Origin: Emiliania huxleyi CCMP1516
Taxonomy: Eukaryota
DNA length: 64,000 bases
Assembly (NCBI RefSeq): GCF_000372725.1
Contig: NW_005202176.1
Coordinates: forward strand, 104,240 to 168,239
Direction of reading: 5' to 3'
A model generated the notes under the pieces. It saw only the letters and a list, made by a program, of their open reading frames with translations. It was not told the DNA's origin and made no database searches. Position numbers and translations under genes: made by a program. Shown piece after piece: positions 11,984-25,330 of the stretch; position 1 is the first letter of the stretch; every line of letters begins with the position of its first letter.

Positions 11984-12414
11984 ACTGGGAGACCACCTCG
12001 CTATGAAGCCTGGACCCAGTTCTCATGATTGTACATGACTAGCGATGTGTTATAGTTCCTCTTGTGTAAGTCAGACGCGATTCTCTTGCCGGCACCCCCG
12101 CACAATCACACACACTTGCCCCCTCGCCCCACGCGGCGTGGTGCCACCCCCTCGCCCGAAAATGAATGAAGAGGAACCCGCGCGCCCGAACCCGCTCCTA
12201 CTTGGGTTTGTCCGCGACACATCGCGGGAAGAGACAGGCCCTTTTCTCGCGGCGGCACGGGGTGCCCATCCAATATCACCCCCCCGCCGGGGCGTGAGAA
12301 CCGATCGGAGGCTTTCCTCGTCATCATTCCGGCGGTAGAGAAGCGACTCCATCCCCCCCGCGCTGGCCTCGTCTGCCTGGGCGCTCGCGCGAACGGTCGC
12401 ACATACACGCGTAT

Positions 12415-13193
12415 ATGGTGCGCTTACACCCCTTCCTGCTACTCTCGCTACCTGGTCTTGCGCACGCCGAGACATTCACCATCCTGGGTGACGAGCTTGA
12501 AGGGGGCTGGAGCCTCGCCCCGTGGAACGACGGGATCACCGCGCCTGGCACAATGGAGGCGGTGTATGAAGATCCATGCGGACAAACGAACGGGCTCTCG
12601 TACAAGGCATCGCTTCCTCGCGGGCGGGCGTTCGACCTCCTCTGCGACCCCGCCACGTGCAATAATCTCATTCTTCCTGAATCAAAAGGTGGCCGCTACT
12701 CGAACATAGTTTTTGAGATGTTCGTGCCGCCGACTCCGGACTCGAGATCGTGGGCGATTCCGAAAGCTTCTTGGGTCTCGGAAATCTCGCTGCAGCATTC
12801 CACTCAGGACCAGGCGAGCCTAACCGGATCAAGGCGTGGAAAAATTTTGATCGCGAAGACTTCACCCTGAGCTCAAGCAACGGCAAGTACATATTCTGCA
12901 CAGACGTGCCGGACTGGGAGGCAAGTGTAGAAGGAGACGGGTGGGGGCTGCTGGCATTCGTCAACCTCCCTGGCTCCGCAACGGAGCCTGTCCACGCAAC
13001 GTCGGATTTCTACCTGGACACTGTCTACTTGGCGGACCAGGCATCGGCCGCGGAACTTGGGTGCAAGCAAGACCTTGACGATTCCATCGACACTTGCATC
13101 GTCTGCCCACCCTCGAGGCGCCATCTTCTGTTTGCCAGCCTTCCCTGCTGCCCCGACTGGGGACTCCCCGACCGGGGCACGGAGTACTACTGA
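12415..13193 (+). pseudogene. Secreted beta-sandwich/carbohydrate-binding-like protein interrupted by a 1-nt frameshift near 12728
   Basis: Signal peptide MVRLHPFLLLSLPGLAHA. Protein-like sequence continues after 'FEMFVP' in the other frame (ADSGLEIVGDSESFLG...DFYLDTVYLAD). Confidence 0.5.
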
Positions 13194-13329
13194 ACTCCAC
13201 CATTTGGTGATCTGTGATCGGCAAAGAAGCTGCGCCGCCCCAATGACAAGGAGACGGTGAGTAGGCAAGCGAGAGCCAGACCGGACGCACCACCCAGGAA
13301 GAAGCGACAGTGCAATACGCATAGGTCGG

Positions 13330-13378
13330 GTGATATGGGGAGATACGGGGAGATATGGGGAGATATGGGGAGTATGGG
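13330..13378. repeat. 10-bp minisatellite (GGGGAGATAT)n
   Basis: gatatggggagatacggggagatatggggagatatgggg. Confidence 0.9.
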
Positions 13379-13809
13379 CAGCAAAGGATGCGCACCTCCG
13401 GCCCCTGCAGCATGCCTAGAGCGCCGCAGATTGGCCGCTCGTGCAGAGGCGAGAGGTTTTAGTAACAGCATCGTGTGTGTCTCGCGCCTTGCGGGGGGGG
13501 GGGGGGAGCGGAAATTCCCAAGAGCGCCACTCTTGGAGCGCCGCCACTACGACTACCACCTAGAGCGCTGCAAGCAACGCCGGGCAATGAATGACGGCTT
13601 ACCGCCCACCCAGCCCCCCTCGGCACACCCCGGCAGCCACTGTGTGACGGCTCGAACCCGCTAAACATCGGTGTTTCGGGCGGTCCACACAGATCGGGTC
13701 TGTCATACGTGCAATTAGAGAGGACAAAAAAAGAAAAGAAAAATTACCCCCGACCAGACCCCTCTCCCTCCCTCCCCAATACCCCCACCCACCCTCCCAC
13801 ACCGCGGTC

Positions 13810-15245
13810 ATGGGCATCGCCATCCCCATCGGCTTGGCAGTTACCACGGCGCTCGCCTTGCCCATGGTGCCCGCCGTTCCCACCCGCTGGGCAGCGCTCG
13901 CTCGCCGGCTCCCGGCCAGCAGCGCTCCCACGCCGGCGATTACGCTCTACCGCGACACGAATGGATGGTGCCCGTTCTGCGAGCGAGTGTGGCTGCAGCT
14001 CGAGACCAAGGGCCTGCCGTACGAAGAGGTGCTGATCAACCTCCGCGATAAGCCACAGTGGTACAAGGACATGGTCCCAACCACCCTCGTGCCAGCAGTC
14101 AAGATCCGCAGCGGCGGAACGGAAGAGGTGGTTTGGGAGTCGGATGTGATCTTGCGGCGGCTCGAGGAGCTCCACCCAGAGCCGGCGATGCTGCCGCCCG
14201 ACGGAGAGCGCGCGGCCGCCGAGGCACTCATTGCGGAGGCCGGCAATCTTTCCTCCGCCGGCTTCCGCTTCGCGGCCGCCGTCCGCAACGCGAGCGTGAC
14301 GCAGGAGGAGGTTGCCTCCCTCCGCGCAGCCTTCGAGGACGGGCTGGACGCGCTCGACGCGGCCATCGCGGAGGGAGGAGGCCCTTTCATCTGCGGCGGC
14401 TCGGTCGGTCTCGCCGACGCCACCTACCTGCCCTTTCTCGAGCGGTGGGCGGTCCAGCTGCCTCTCACGTCCGGGTTTGCGCTGAGGCCGGAGGAGGGAG
14501 AGCCGCCTCGCTGGCCGCAGATCGAGGGGTGGTTCGTGGCGATGGCGGAGGAGCCTGCCTACGCACGCGTGCGCGGCGACACCTACTCGTGGTCCGCCGC
14601 CGTCGCCGCCTTCCAGCGCATCTTCGCCACCAACGGCACCCTCTCCGACGCTCAGCGCGCGGTGTCGCGCCGCGCCGACGGCGCACCGCGGAGCGAGGCG
14701 CCGGAGGCGTAAGAGGGGCCGCGTGCAGACCTCAAAGGGTGTTGCGGGTAGGTGCCGCTGCGCTCGAGCTCAGGCGCTCGGCACAGGCCGCTCCCTCGGC
14801 CGCCGCGGCCCTCGCTGCGGCGGAGAAGATCATCGCCAACTGGGAGGCTGTGGTCGCCGACGCGACGGCGGCGGAGCCGCTCTCGCAGGCGAACTTGCAG
14901 CGGCTGGAGGAGGAGGACGGCGCGGCGGTCGAGCTTCTGCTGGCCGATTGCGCGGCGCGGCTGCTGCAGTGTGCGGGCAGGTGGGAGGACGAGGCGGGTG
15001 GCGAGCCAGCAGCCGAGGGCGGCGAGGAGGAGGAGGAGGAGCGCGCGCTGTGCGAGGCGGAGCTCCTCGGCCTCGAGCCGCTCGAGCACAAGGTGCGCGC
15101 CGACGCCGCCAGGCTCGTCTCCGCGCGCCTCTGCGCACCGCGTGACATGGGCGCCGACGCCGCGGAGGCTATGCGCGGCGTGCTCATGGCGATGGCGAGC
15201 GAGAGCGAGGGCCTCGCCTGGCGCAAGTCGGGCGGGCTGCTCTGA
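13810..15245 (+). CDS. Glutathione S-transferase-like protein (CPFC motif), probably plastid-targeted
   Basis: 'LYRDTNGWCPFCERVWLQLETKGLPY...KPQWY...LVPA...WESDVI' and C-domain 'GPFICGGSVGLAD'. GC-AG intron 14681-14751 joins RRAD-G-AAALELRR. C-terminal 'RLCAPRDMG'. Confidence 0.85.
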
Positions 15246-15376
15246 GCGAGGGGTCAGCCAGCTCCGCGCGCGTAGAGCTGCGGGCCGGCTGGCCGAGTAT
15301 CGTCGTTTTGGGCAGCGAGTTATTTCATCGATGGTGCGATGGAAAGAACACAAAACCCCCGACTAACCTCTATAAC

Positions 15377-16133
15377 GGCTCTCGTTGTGCGAGTATATGG
15401 GCCACGATGTCTCAAATATGAGGGGTTTTGACTCCTTCCAGCTCCTGACGCTATCCCTGGCAGCTCTAATGACCAGGATCAGTAGTGTTGTGATAGAGGC
15501 TGCCCATACTAGCGCAGGAGCTGCCACACTCGCCCGGACCGTCCCCTTCTGGGGCCGGTTCCGCAGCCCGCGAGAGAGCCGACAGCGGGGCCGTGCCGCG
15601 GGTGCCTACTGCCGAGTGCCACAAACACTGCGCCGTCCCGCCATCACCTACAGGCTGTCTTGTGTGATGGCTGGGATGTCCAAACGCCACCATCTTGGCT
15701 CTTGCGACCTCAAACCCGCGAGCTGTATGGGTGGTCCTGACGTCGACAGACGCCCGATGACCACGGTGAAGCTGAGCCGGAACGAGTCGACAAGTCTCGC
15801 CTGAGCCCGTGGCGGTCGCCGGCTGAGTCGCCGTGCACGGGCCGGTACCTCAGGCGTCACCTCCGCAGCCTCAGGTCTCAAACTCCACCACCTCCGCCGG
15901 GACACCTTCGGTGGCACGTTCGGCGGCGACTTTGTGGCAGCTCCACAGCGAGCGCGGCGTCGAGCCTACTCACTCCAGCTGGATACACGCACTCCCTGGG
16001 ACCCAGGGAGTGCGTGTATCCAGCAAGCGGTGCTTCCTGGCGGCGCGCGCCGGCTGTGGAGCTGCCACAAACTCGAGACACGCTTTTTGGGACATTTTCG
16101 ACGCTTTTGGCCCATATACTCGCACAACAAGCC
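15377..16133. mobile_element. Non-autonomous TIR DNA transposon (MITE), copy 1
   Basis: Termini ggct(ct)cgttgtgcgagtatatgggcca ... tggcccatatactcgcacaacaagcc. Homologous along its length to 49339-50091. Confidence 0.85.
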
Positions 16134-16799
16134 TAAACGTCAAGTGCGGCCGTTTTGCACAGTGTTGTGCGTCTTAGAGAAAAAATCGCGTTTGCAGCCA
16201 ACTTACCCCAAATCTTCTGCACTCACTTCCTACATACATAATTTTGACCGCGCAAGATAAAAGGGTGGCTAAGGGCTCTGCCCGCAAGGCGCCCGCGTCG
16301 CAGACGCGGTACCATTGACAAATCTGCGATATACCCCCACACGAGCAAATAGCAAAATCCGAATACCGTGCACGAACTGGGCGATGTGGGACGTGCAAGC
16401 CTTCAGCTGGTGCCAAGACATTCGTAAAATTGAAGCCACGAACGTCCGCCAAATCCGAACACAAAAAAACTCTCTCCCAAATCCGTGCTAGGGAAAGCTG
16501 ATCGAGCCCAGCGTGCCCGCGGCCGCCTCCCGCGCAGCACCGCCGCTGGGGACGACACGCTGCGGAATCGGATCGAGCCCATGCACGGGCAAAGAAGGAC
16601 GCTGCAGAAGCGGTTGGAGAGGCAGCCGGCGTCTGCCGTCACAACGAGTCCCAGCGCTGGTTGGACATGCGCGTCGGCTCGCCCGAGGACTGCTGTCGCG
16701 ACCCTCCCGTCGTGACGCAGCCTCTGACGAGCTCTGCAACCGAGGAGAGTGAGGGTGCGCCTCCCCTCACTGCTGGCCTGGCTGCGCACCGCCCCACAA

Positions 16800-16935
16800 A
16801 GCACCCCCTCGAGCATCTCTACAAGTACAAGTACAAGGGCGACCTTCTCCAAGTCGTCAACGCGCCCGGCGGCTCCGGCAAGACTTTAGCCTTGGCCACC
16901 CTCCTTGCGGAGCAGGAGGAGATCCGCTCTCGGTC
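16800..16935 (+). pseudogene. P-loop helicase fragment (PIF1/Helitron-like Walker A)
   Basis: 'LLQVVNAPGGSGKTLALATLLA' resembles the Helitron/PIF1 motif xAPGGxGKT. The fragment is short and isolated. Confidence 0.45.
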
Positions 16936-17528
16936 GGCAACGTGGCAGCTAGTCGGGAGACTCGGTAGTTGTGACCCCCCTCTGTGCTCTGAGTGAGGAC
17001 AGGAGAGAGAGAGCTTTTGTGGTGTTGGTGTACGCAATAACGGGACAGGGTAGTCGTTCTCTCTAGCTCCCCTTCTAGCTCTTAGCATGAGCTGCGCCCT
17101 GTGTCCGACCCCTTTTGCGCAGCAACACCTTAAACTTTTAGGCCCTCCAAATTCGGGTCGGAGCGTAGCGGAGTGGGCCCCGAGTTTGAAAAGGGCGACG
17201 GACGCTTGCGTCCTAGCCTCCAACAACGCCTCCCCGGCGCAGAGGGGCCCCCGGAGGGATGCTCAACCGCTCCACGCCACGCCGCTTGCGGCGGTCCTCT
17301 TCCCAGCTCCGCCGGCCGCCGCGTTATTTCTCACAGCCGCCCAGCCGCTCGAGGCGGGCTTCTGGACGACCTCTCATGGCCGATCGCTGGGAGGCGCGGT
17401 GCGGAGGGTGAGCCGCCCCCACGCCGCCCGCCGCCCGACCCCCGCGCCGCCCCCTCTCCTCACCGGCTCGCCCCACTTTTCGCAGCAAACGTCAGCGGCC
17501 CGACTCGTCCGCCAGCGAGACAATCGAC

Positions 17529-18125
<597 letters not shown>

Positions 18126-18730
18126 GCGGGGTTGCGAATGTGACTCTCTCTCTTTCTCTCTCTATTGTCTCCACCCACCCCACGAACGCGTGATGGTACG
18201 CGCCCGGACTCGTGCGTGCGCACCAGTCCAGAGTCGAGATGTGTCGGAGCGCAGGGTGCCTTCTGGAGCTCCGCCTGCCCCCCCCCCCCCCCCCCCCGCG
18301 TACCAGTGAGCAGTGTCACCGACCGGGGGTGACGACGTGTGCAGCCATGTTTTAAGGTCTCGATCAACTATTACACACGTGTACATTCTCGTACACGGTA
18401 TGTGGATACAAGCCTCAAGCCACACACACACGGACGCCTGGCCCTGGGGAGAGCGTGGAGCGTGGTGGAGGGGTGTGGGCGAGGTCGTTGCTGGGACGGA
18501 CGACGGGGACGCACAGCCGCGCACACCTCGACGAACCTCAACCTGCGCCACCCACGCCGGCATGCAGCCGAACAGTACACAGCCGCAATTGGCGACACAC
18601 CCCCCGCACCGTTGCATGTACTACGTATGTGTACACCGCCACTTCCAATACGACGAACGCGCACGACAACAGTATGCACACCAAGTGTGGGCAAGCAATG
18701 CACAGCGTGACAAGGAATAGACGAGAGGCG

Positions 18731-19553
18731 TCAGTCCAGAGGCGGCGGGTCGCTCCTCGCGGTGATCGAGCTGAGCACGATAAGCCAGAAGAAGCTCACC
18801 GCGGCGACGAAGGCGATCCGCCACTGCGGCGGCACCACGCCGAACGTGAGGCACTGCACGGGCGTCCAGAGCGCCCAGTACTTTGCGAGCAGGTCGCGCC
18901 GCGCGTCTGCGAGGTAGCGGCGGAGGGCGAGCCTGGCGCCGTAGCCGAAAGCTAGCGCCTGCGAGACAGGGCGCTTCTGTGGGGCAGGGCAGCTCTGCAC
19001 GGGCAACTCTGCAGGAGCGAGGTGGATGCAGCGCTGGGCCCACCTTGAACAAGTAGGCAGCGGGCAGGCAGAGGAAGGGAGTGAGGATAAGCTGGTCCAC
19101 GGCGACCTTGGAGAGGACGGTGCGCAGGTCAGAGCCCTCTCCCACGAGCGCGGGCAGCATTCGGTTGAAGAGCCAGTGCTGGAAGCACCCCTGATAGATT
19201 CCTCCGTACAGCAAGAAAGCCAACGTGCGACGCGCGCAATACGGTGCGGCGACCTCAATCTCCTCGCAGGAGAGATCGTCGCAAGTGACGACGCGCGCGC
19301 CAACAGGCTGGAGTCTGCGCTCTCGCGTTTGTGCGAGCAGATCGGCAAGCACAGCCTTCACGCCCACGACAGCGAAGGCCGAGGCGTACGGGGCTCGTCG
19401 CAGGATGGTGTCAGCCGCGCTCATCACGACATCACCCTGGATGGCAATCGCGACCGGCCTGCGGGATCGATGCCTTACGGGCGTGGGGCGATGTGCATGC
19501 AATTCGACCCTGGACGGGCAGGCGAGGAGCGCAATCAGCCCGATCGCCGACAT
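18731..19553 (-). CDS. Mpv17/PMP22 family membrane protein
   Basis: 'KAVLADLLAQ', 'RRTLAF..YGG.YQG', 'KVAVDQL', 'WALWTPVQCLTFGVVPPQWRIAFVAAVSFFWLIVLS'. GT-AG intron 18959-19043. Confidence 0.9.
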
Positions 19554-22500
19554 TGTTGTGGCATACTCGAGTACGCAAAAATAACCAAGGGGCCGCCACT
19601 AGCTCTTACGTACACGGAGGAGGACTGCTGACAGGGTCGAAGTCTGTGATGTATCGTACACCTTGGCATCTTACGTAACTTTGTCCCAAACGGCTCGGGC
19701 CGTCTCCTGACGCACGGACGGGGTTCGGGGTGTCGGCCGCGGGGGTGGTCCGTGGACCGTGCCGGCCCGGAGTGAATACCGAAATACCCCCCTTTCCGCT
19801 GAGAGCCTGCGCACAACGCTGATGATAGAGCTGCAAACAAACCGTTAACTTTGGATCTAACAGTCGCACCCACACAACACGATGTTCATCAAGAGTACTG
19901 TGCCGTATCAAAGTCTGTGCAGGTGTGATCTGTGATCTGTGAGGGTCCGCCCGCAGGCGCATTTTGTATACCGAGGCGGTGCCCGGTGCCGAACCTGTCG
20001 GACCTTGAGACAGCGTTGTAGATCCCTGGGCGAGGGTGGTGGAGAGGGCGGTCCGTCGGCGCCAAACCACCTCCCACCGAGGCGGGCAGGTTCCACGCGT
20101 TCCCGGACCGCCCCGTCGGAGGTAGACCGCTCGTCTAGCCAATCAGCCTTAAGCGAGCGGCCTGGCCGTTGGAATGGCCGAGGAGGGGAGGACGACTGTC
20201 TCTGACGGCGAACCTCAGTTACAAGCCGTCCTCCCCTCGAGACGCGAGGCCAGCGCTCTCGGGGACCGAGCCCCAGCGTGCACCGTCCCACACGCCTCAC
20301 GCGGCCTCTGGCTGGAGCGGGATCGCAAGCGAATCCCCCAGGCCGGCGCGCGTCTTCCGAGAGAGGAGCAGGAGCGAGGGACCTTCTTAGTTGTCCGGCA
20401 TGCAGGCGCATGCACGGCCGTTCAGAAATTTTCCCAGCCGTTGGAATGGCTCCGCTCCTGCCCCTCACCGGGCCGAACGGGTAGTGGGCGTTGGCGCCGA
20501 AGAGGGAGGAGTCGCCAAAGGACGGGTAGTCGTCGGTCATGCGGGGGGAGGAGGAGTCGGCGAGCAGCAGGGAGGAGAAATGCCTGAGAGGGTGGGGAGG
20601 GAGGCGTGAGGCGCGAGGTGAGGGGCGTGGGGGCGCGGGGCGCGGGGCGTGCGTGGGACGCGCGGCGTGAGGCGCAGGGCGTGGGGCGGGAGGGCGCGGG
20701 GCGCTCGAGTGAGGGCAGGGTGTGTTTTGTGTGTCTGTATGTGTGTCTGTATGTGTGTGTGTGTGTGTGTGTGTTTGTTTGTTTGTGCGAGGGCAGGGCA
20801 GGGCAGGGCGGCGGCGAGCGGCGAGCGGCGTCGGCGAGATCGGCGACGAAGAGAGGCGATGGTGACGTACACGGCGGCAGTGTTCACGGCAGCGGCGCCG
20901 GTGGCGGCCCCGCGCAGCGGCGGCGGCGCCCTGAGTGAGGCAGATTGCCCTGCACAGCCTGCTGGGAACGCTCCCGACGAGCGGCGAGCCATGCGGGCCC
21001 GCCGCGGGCGACGCGGGCGGCGAGCCGACACGCGTGTCGCAGGCGTAGACAGCACTGGCGAGGCGTGGCGGCCGGCGCCGGTCCCGGAGGCGGCTGCAGT
21101 AAGAGCAGCGAGGCAGAAGTCACTGTCCAAGGCGTACTGAGCAGGCTGCCATCGAGCAGCGCGCCATGCGGGCCTGCCGCCGGCGACGAGATTGGAGAGC
21201 CGACAGGCATCAAAGAGGTAGGTACTGAGGAGGGCCATCGCGCCCGAGGCGGTCCGCGCCGGCCCTGCAGGCCGTCTCAGAGAGCCTGGCGAGGCTGTAC
21301 AGAATGCCAAGAGCATACTGAGCAGGCTGCCGTCGAGCGACGAGCCATGCTGGCTCGTCGCAAGCGATGAGGTCGAGGAGCCGATCGGAGCGTCGCAGAG
21401 GCTGCCGACCACTGCCGTTCGCCCTCGGGCCCAGGGGTGGAAGGCAAGCTTCCTGGCGTTTCTGGCGAGCGTCCAGACGTCGCAGAGCATCTGGCAGGCG
21501 CGCAGCGACCCAAATTTTTGCTCACCGCACGGCCGTGCGAGCCGTTGGTCGGTGGTGATGGTCGGCGGCGGCGCGCGCCGACCAACGCGGCTGCGGTGGG
21601 CGTCATGTGGCGGGCGTCGGAATGAGCATTGTGCGCCGAATTTCGGACGTCCCTTGTGCAGGTGTGAACAGCAGCTCCTGACCACAACTCCGCAGGCGCC
21701 TGTTGATGTGGGTCCAGGTGATAGCCCTGGATAGTCAATGCATACGCCTAGTTAGGCCTCGAATCGCCCGACCGCGTCCCGGTGCTCTGTGGTCGGATTT
21801 TTGTGACACCGCCGCACCGCGCCGCGGCCGGGGGCCCGCCGGAGGACGAGGATGGCCGTGACGGACCGGGACGAGCTCTGGGAGGTTCAGTGTCAGTGTA
21901 TATGTTGTAGAGACTAACCATGTCCACAATATCTCTCAGTCTAGCTAAGCCAGGCCCAGGGAGGCGATGCCGGGGCCATACAGCAGCTCGATGGTGCTTC
22001 GCCGGCGTGCGTCCCGGAAGCGGTGCCGGACGGGCGGTCCGTGGGAGGAAATCGGGGGACCACGCCGACGGCGCTCTGATTCGACTTTTGACTTCAAACA
22101 AAGACAGTGGCACGCGCCGCAGCGCGGCGCGTGCGACTGTGAGGAGCGGATATCCGTCAGTTAGTTGTGTTCACGCCGGGATCGTGTCCCCGACAACATG
22201 CACAGACTTTAGGCCGCGACAGTATGTTCACCCCCCCAGAGCCGATGCGCTCAGCGCTGAGTTATAATTCTTTACGCATGTAAAATTCTTTACGCACTCT
22301 GTGGTGAGTGGTGTTGTGTCGTGGTGGACAGCATGCCTCTGAGGCTGCAGCTACAGTCGTGGACTCGCAGGGGCGGCGAGGCATCCGCCAGCACGAGTTC
22401 GAGGACGCCTCGGCCACCGAGCCCGCACCCTCGCCGCGAGGCTAGCCGCTCTCCCTCGCCGGCGCGCCCTGGCGCTGCCCAAGCGGATCGCCGGCAACTA

Positions 22501-22672
22501 GTGCCGCCCGCGCCTGGCGCGACCGCCTTCAAGCGCGGGCGGCCCGTGACTTTGCTCCATCAAACGGGACAAGGCAAAAACACAGTTGCACAGATACATG
22601 CCGGCGGCGCGACTCCCCCCCGCAGATCGCCCTCAGTGGGGGAGACCGCGACACCGGTGACGGAGCGCAGTT

Positions 22673-23134
22673 GGGAGTGTCTTCGGCTCACGCCAGGGCG
22701 CTCGTTGCTCCTCCGTCTCTTTGTATCTTCCATACTGCGTTTATCAGAAGACGTATGGTTCTTGCACTTGTGCAAGATTGGGCGTCTTCTGCCGCAGTCC
22801 CTTTGATGGGAGGCCCCAGGGTGGGGGCCACCTCGAACCCCCGGCCAGGGATTCGAGTGGAGGGTGCCCCGGATTCATCTATCCGTTGGGCCCCGGCACC
22901 TATTTTAGAACTGATCACTTTGCGCAGCAACCGTCGGCCGCCGCTTTTTAGCTGGACGGCGGTACGCTGCGCCGTCGCTCTGTCGTGCACGCTCTCGTGC
23001 CTCGTTGTTGTGACCCACCCTGTCCCACCCGTGTGTGATCAGTGTCTACGGAGGGAGTGTCTTCGGCTCACGCCAGGGCGCTCGTTGCTCCTCCGTCTCT
23101 TTGTATCTTCCATACTGCGTTTATCAGAAGACGT
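22673..23134. repeat. Identical 82-bp direct repeat (22673-22754 and 23053-23134)
   Basis: gggagtgtcttcggctcacgcc...tttatcagaagacgt occurs twice, 380 bp apart. Confidence 0.9.
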
Positions 23135-23171
23135 GTGATGCGCCAGTTTGCTCGTCTTTTTCGCTTGCCAT

Positions 23172-23664
23172 ATGTGGCCCGCGTCGAGATCTCTGCTCGC
23201 GGTGGCGCTCGTCGCCGTCACTGCCGCGGTGCGCGCACATCGCGCATCGCACCAGCCCGTGCGCCCCACTAACCACGCGCCCGTGCGCTGCGTGTCGCGC
23301 GCAGGCGGATCCAGTGGCGCGGGGTGCGTCAGACGGGGATTCTGTGCGGCCGCAGCGAGCAGCCGAGGACGTGTTCGCCGGAGCAGACGGCGAGACGGTG
23401 GGCGACTCGAGCTGGTCGCTGGCGAACGGCGGGATCGTCAGTGACATGCGCGCGCACCTTCAGCGGAGGAGGCAGCGCGAGGGCGCCGACCTCATCTCAG
23501 CAGCGCGCGGCGGTGCAATCGGCTCGGCCGTCGCTGCCGTGGGCCGGCTCCTGCGCTCGCGCTACCTGCGCAACGTGCGGCGCTCGATGCTGCTCGCGCT
23601 CAGCATGTGGAGCTGGTACGTCTTCAACACGAAGACCTACGTTCGACCCGAGTACGAGGACTAG
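23172..23664 (+). CDS. Small signal-peptide protein with a C-terminal hydrophobic segment, unknown function
   Basis: MWPASRSLLAVALVAVTAA, then a GT-AG intron (~23229-23304), then ADPVARG...MLLALSMWSWYVFNTKTYVRPEYED*. Confidence 0.5.
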
Positions 23665-23943
23665 GAGCAGAGAGTGGTTTGACGGCCGACGGCATTACGC
23701 TCTCTTGTCTCTACACACGGAGTTGAGCAGCGGTGCTGCAGCACACCGGCTTAGAATTCTGAATCGACATTTTTCTGTACGGTAGCGTAGCGCAAGGAGG
23801 AACGATGAAAACTCTCCATCTCTAAGGGAGGCCGACATCATTCCCTTTGCCGAGAAGTGGATCTAAGTGGCGAGAAGCGACGAGAACCGGCGCGCGGATG
23901 AACCCCGCCGCCGGGCGCCGGCGCCGCTGCGAGCACTTGGCGC

Positions 23944-24678
23944 TCAGCCGTCCTTGCCGGTGCGCGACCCGCGAAGGGGCGCCCCCGCGCCCTCCGCCCC
24001 CGCCGCCTCCGGCGGCGCCTCGGGCAGTCCGACCCCTTCCCCGACGAACGGCTTGAGCACGCCCTTCGAGTTGGAGATGAGCGAGTCCTCCGTCGGGCCG
24101 AGCGCGAAGGGGTTGTCTCGCTTGACCTGGGGCGGCAGGCCGGAGGCGTGGCCGCGCGGGTCGTACGCGGAGGAGAGGGTCACCGGCCCCGGCGCGAAGA
24201 AGTAGCTGTTCGCCGGGTCGCGCATCGTCTCGCCGAAGAGCGAGTACTTGATTGTGACGAGCTCGAGCTCCAGCTGAAGACGCGAGCCCGCGGGCAGCTG
24301 CTGCGCGTCGTCCTCGAGCCGCGGGCGCGGGCTCGACGCCCACTGCAGCCGCAGTTTCGTGCCGACACATCTCCCCGCGAGCGCCGCGTCCACGCCAGGC
24401 AGGTAGAAGGAGCCGAGCTGGTACACGAGCGGCCGAGCGGCGTACCGAGTGTCGAATGCGCGCCCGTCGGCGAAGCGGCCGGTGTAGCGCACCGCCACAA
24501 AGTCCTGGGCCTGCGCGCGCCCCTGGCAGAGCTCCGGCTGCTCCAGGACCTCCACGGTGGGGGAGTTGCCCGCGCCGAAGAGGGCAGAGGCGGGCTGCGA
24601 CGGCAGCAGCGCCGGCAGCAGCGACAGTGCGGCCAGCGCGCCACGCCGCGTCAACGCCGGCGACGCGTCTAGGCGCAT
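23944..24678 (-). CDS. FKBP-type peptidyl-prolyl isomerase, likely thylakoid lumen
   Basis: Twin-arginine 'TRRGALAAL...PASA', FKBP 'DFVAVRYTGRFADGRAFDT...LPGVDAALAGRCVG...LPAGSRLQLELELV'. A further upstream targeting exon is possible. Confidence 0.85.
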   Translation of the reverse strand: MRLDASPALTRRGALAALSLLPALLPSQPASALFGAGNSPTVEVLEQPELCQGRAQAQDFVAVRYTGRFADGRAFDTRYAARPLVYQLGSFYLPGVDAALAGRCVGTKLRLQWASSPRPRLEDDAQQLPAGSRLQLELELVTIKYSLFGETMRDPANSYFFAPGPVTLSSAYDPRGHASGLPPQVKRDNPFALGPTEDSLISNSKGVLKPFVGEGVGLPEAPPEAAGAEGAGAPLRGSRTGKDG

Positions 24679-25114
24679 CGGCTAGTGCTGCGGCGAAGGG
24701 CAGAGGGGCGACAACAGCACTCGGGGGCGACGGCGGAGGCACGACTCACGCGCTGTACCTCCACTCTGCAAGCTCTCGCCGGTACGAATAATCGAATACG
24801 AATGTGTGCTACGATGTATGTATTTTTGGGGATGCGAATGTTGGACGTAGGGTGGACGCGTCCAGAGGGGGGGTCAGGGGGGTATGGCTGAGAGATGGGC
24901 GGCCTGGAGCGACGGCGTCGTTGGTGGAGCGCAGACGGGCGGCGCACCAGGACTCCAGGAGGTCGCGGAACGACGGGTCGAGCCCCTCCGCCAATCGAGG
25001 CGGCGGTCGAGACGGTGAGCGGCTGACGTCCTCGCGGGTGGCGCGGAGTACGGCCGACCACTACGTGCTGCGGCAGCCCGCGGAGCGGCAGGAGGCGCGG
25101 CGGAGCGGCTGCGC

Positions 25115-25330
25115 GTGGACGCGACGGCGAGGCTGGCCGGGCACGCTGTCATCGAGATAGGCACGCACGTCGAGATCCTAGGCGAGCAGGGGTGGTGGCC
25201 GGCCACCATCACGTGGCGGGAGGAGGGTTCGGGCGGCCGGCTCGTGTGGATGCGGTCGAGTACGACGGCTACCCGGACGCCGAGCCTCTCCTCTCCTTAG
25301 AGGAAGAGACGTGGAGGCAGGTGACGCTCG
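25115..25330 (+). pseudogene. Frameshifted Tudor/Agenet-like domain fragment
   Basis: 'IGTHVEILGEQGWWPATIT...' continues in another frame as 'AVEYDGYPDAEPLLSLEEETWRQV'. Confidence 0.4.

Noticed and set aside
20537..21685. 382-aa minus-strand ORF and overlapping ORFs
   Set aside because: No recognisable motifs, and it crosses a (GT)n microsatellite and low-complexity sequence.
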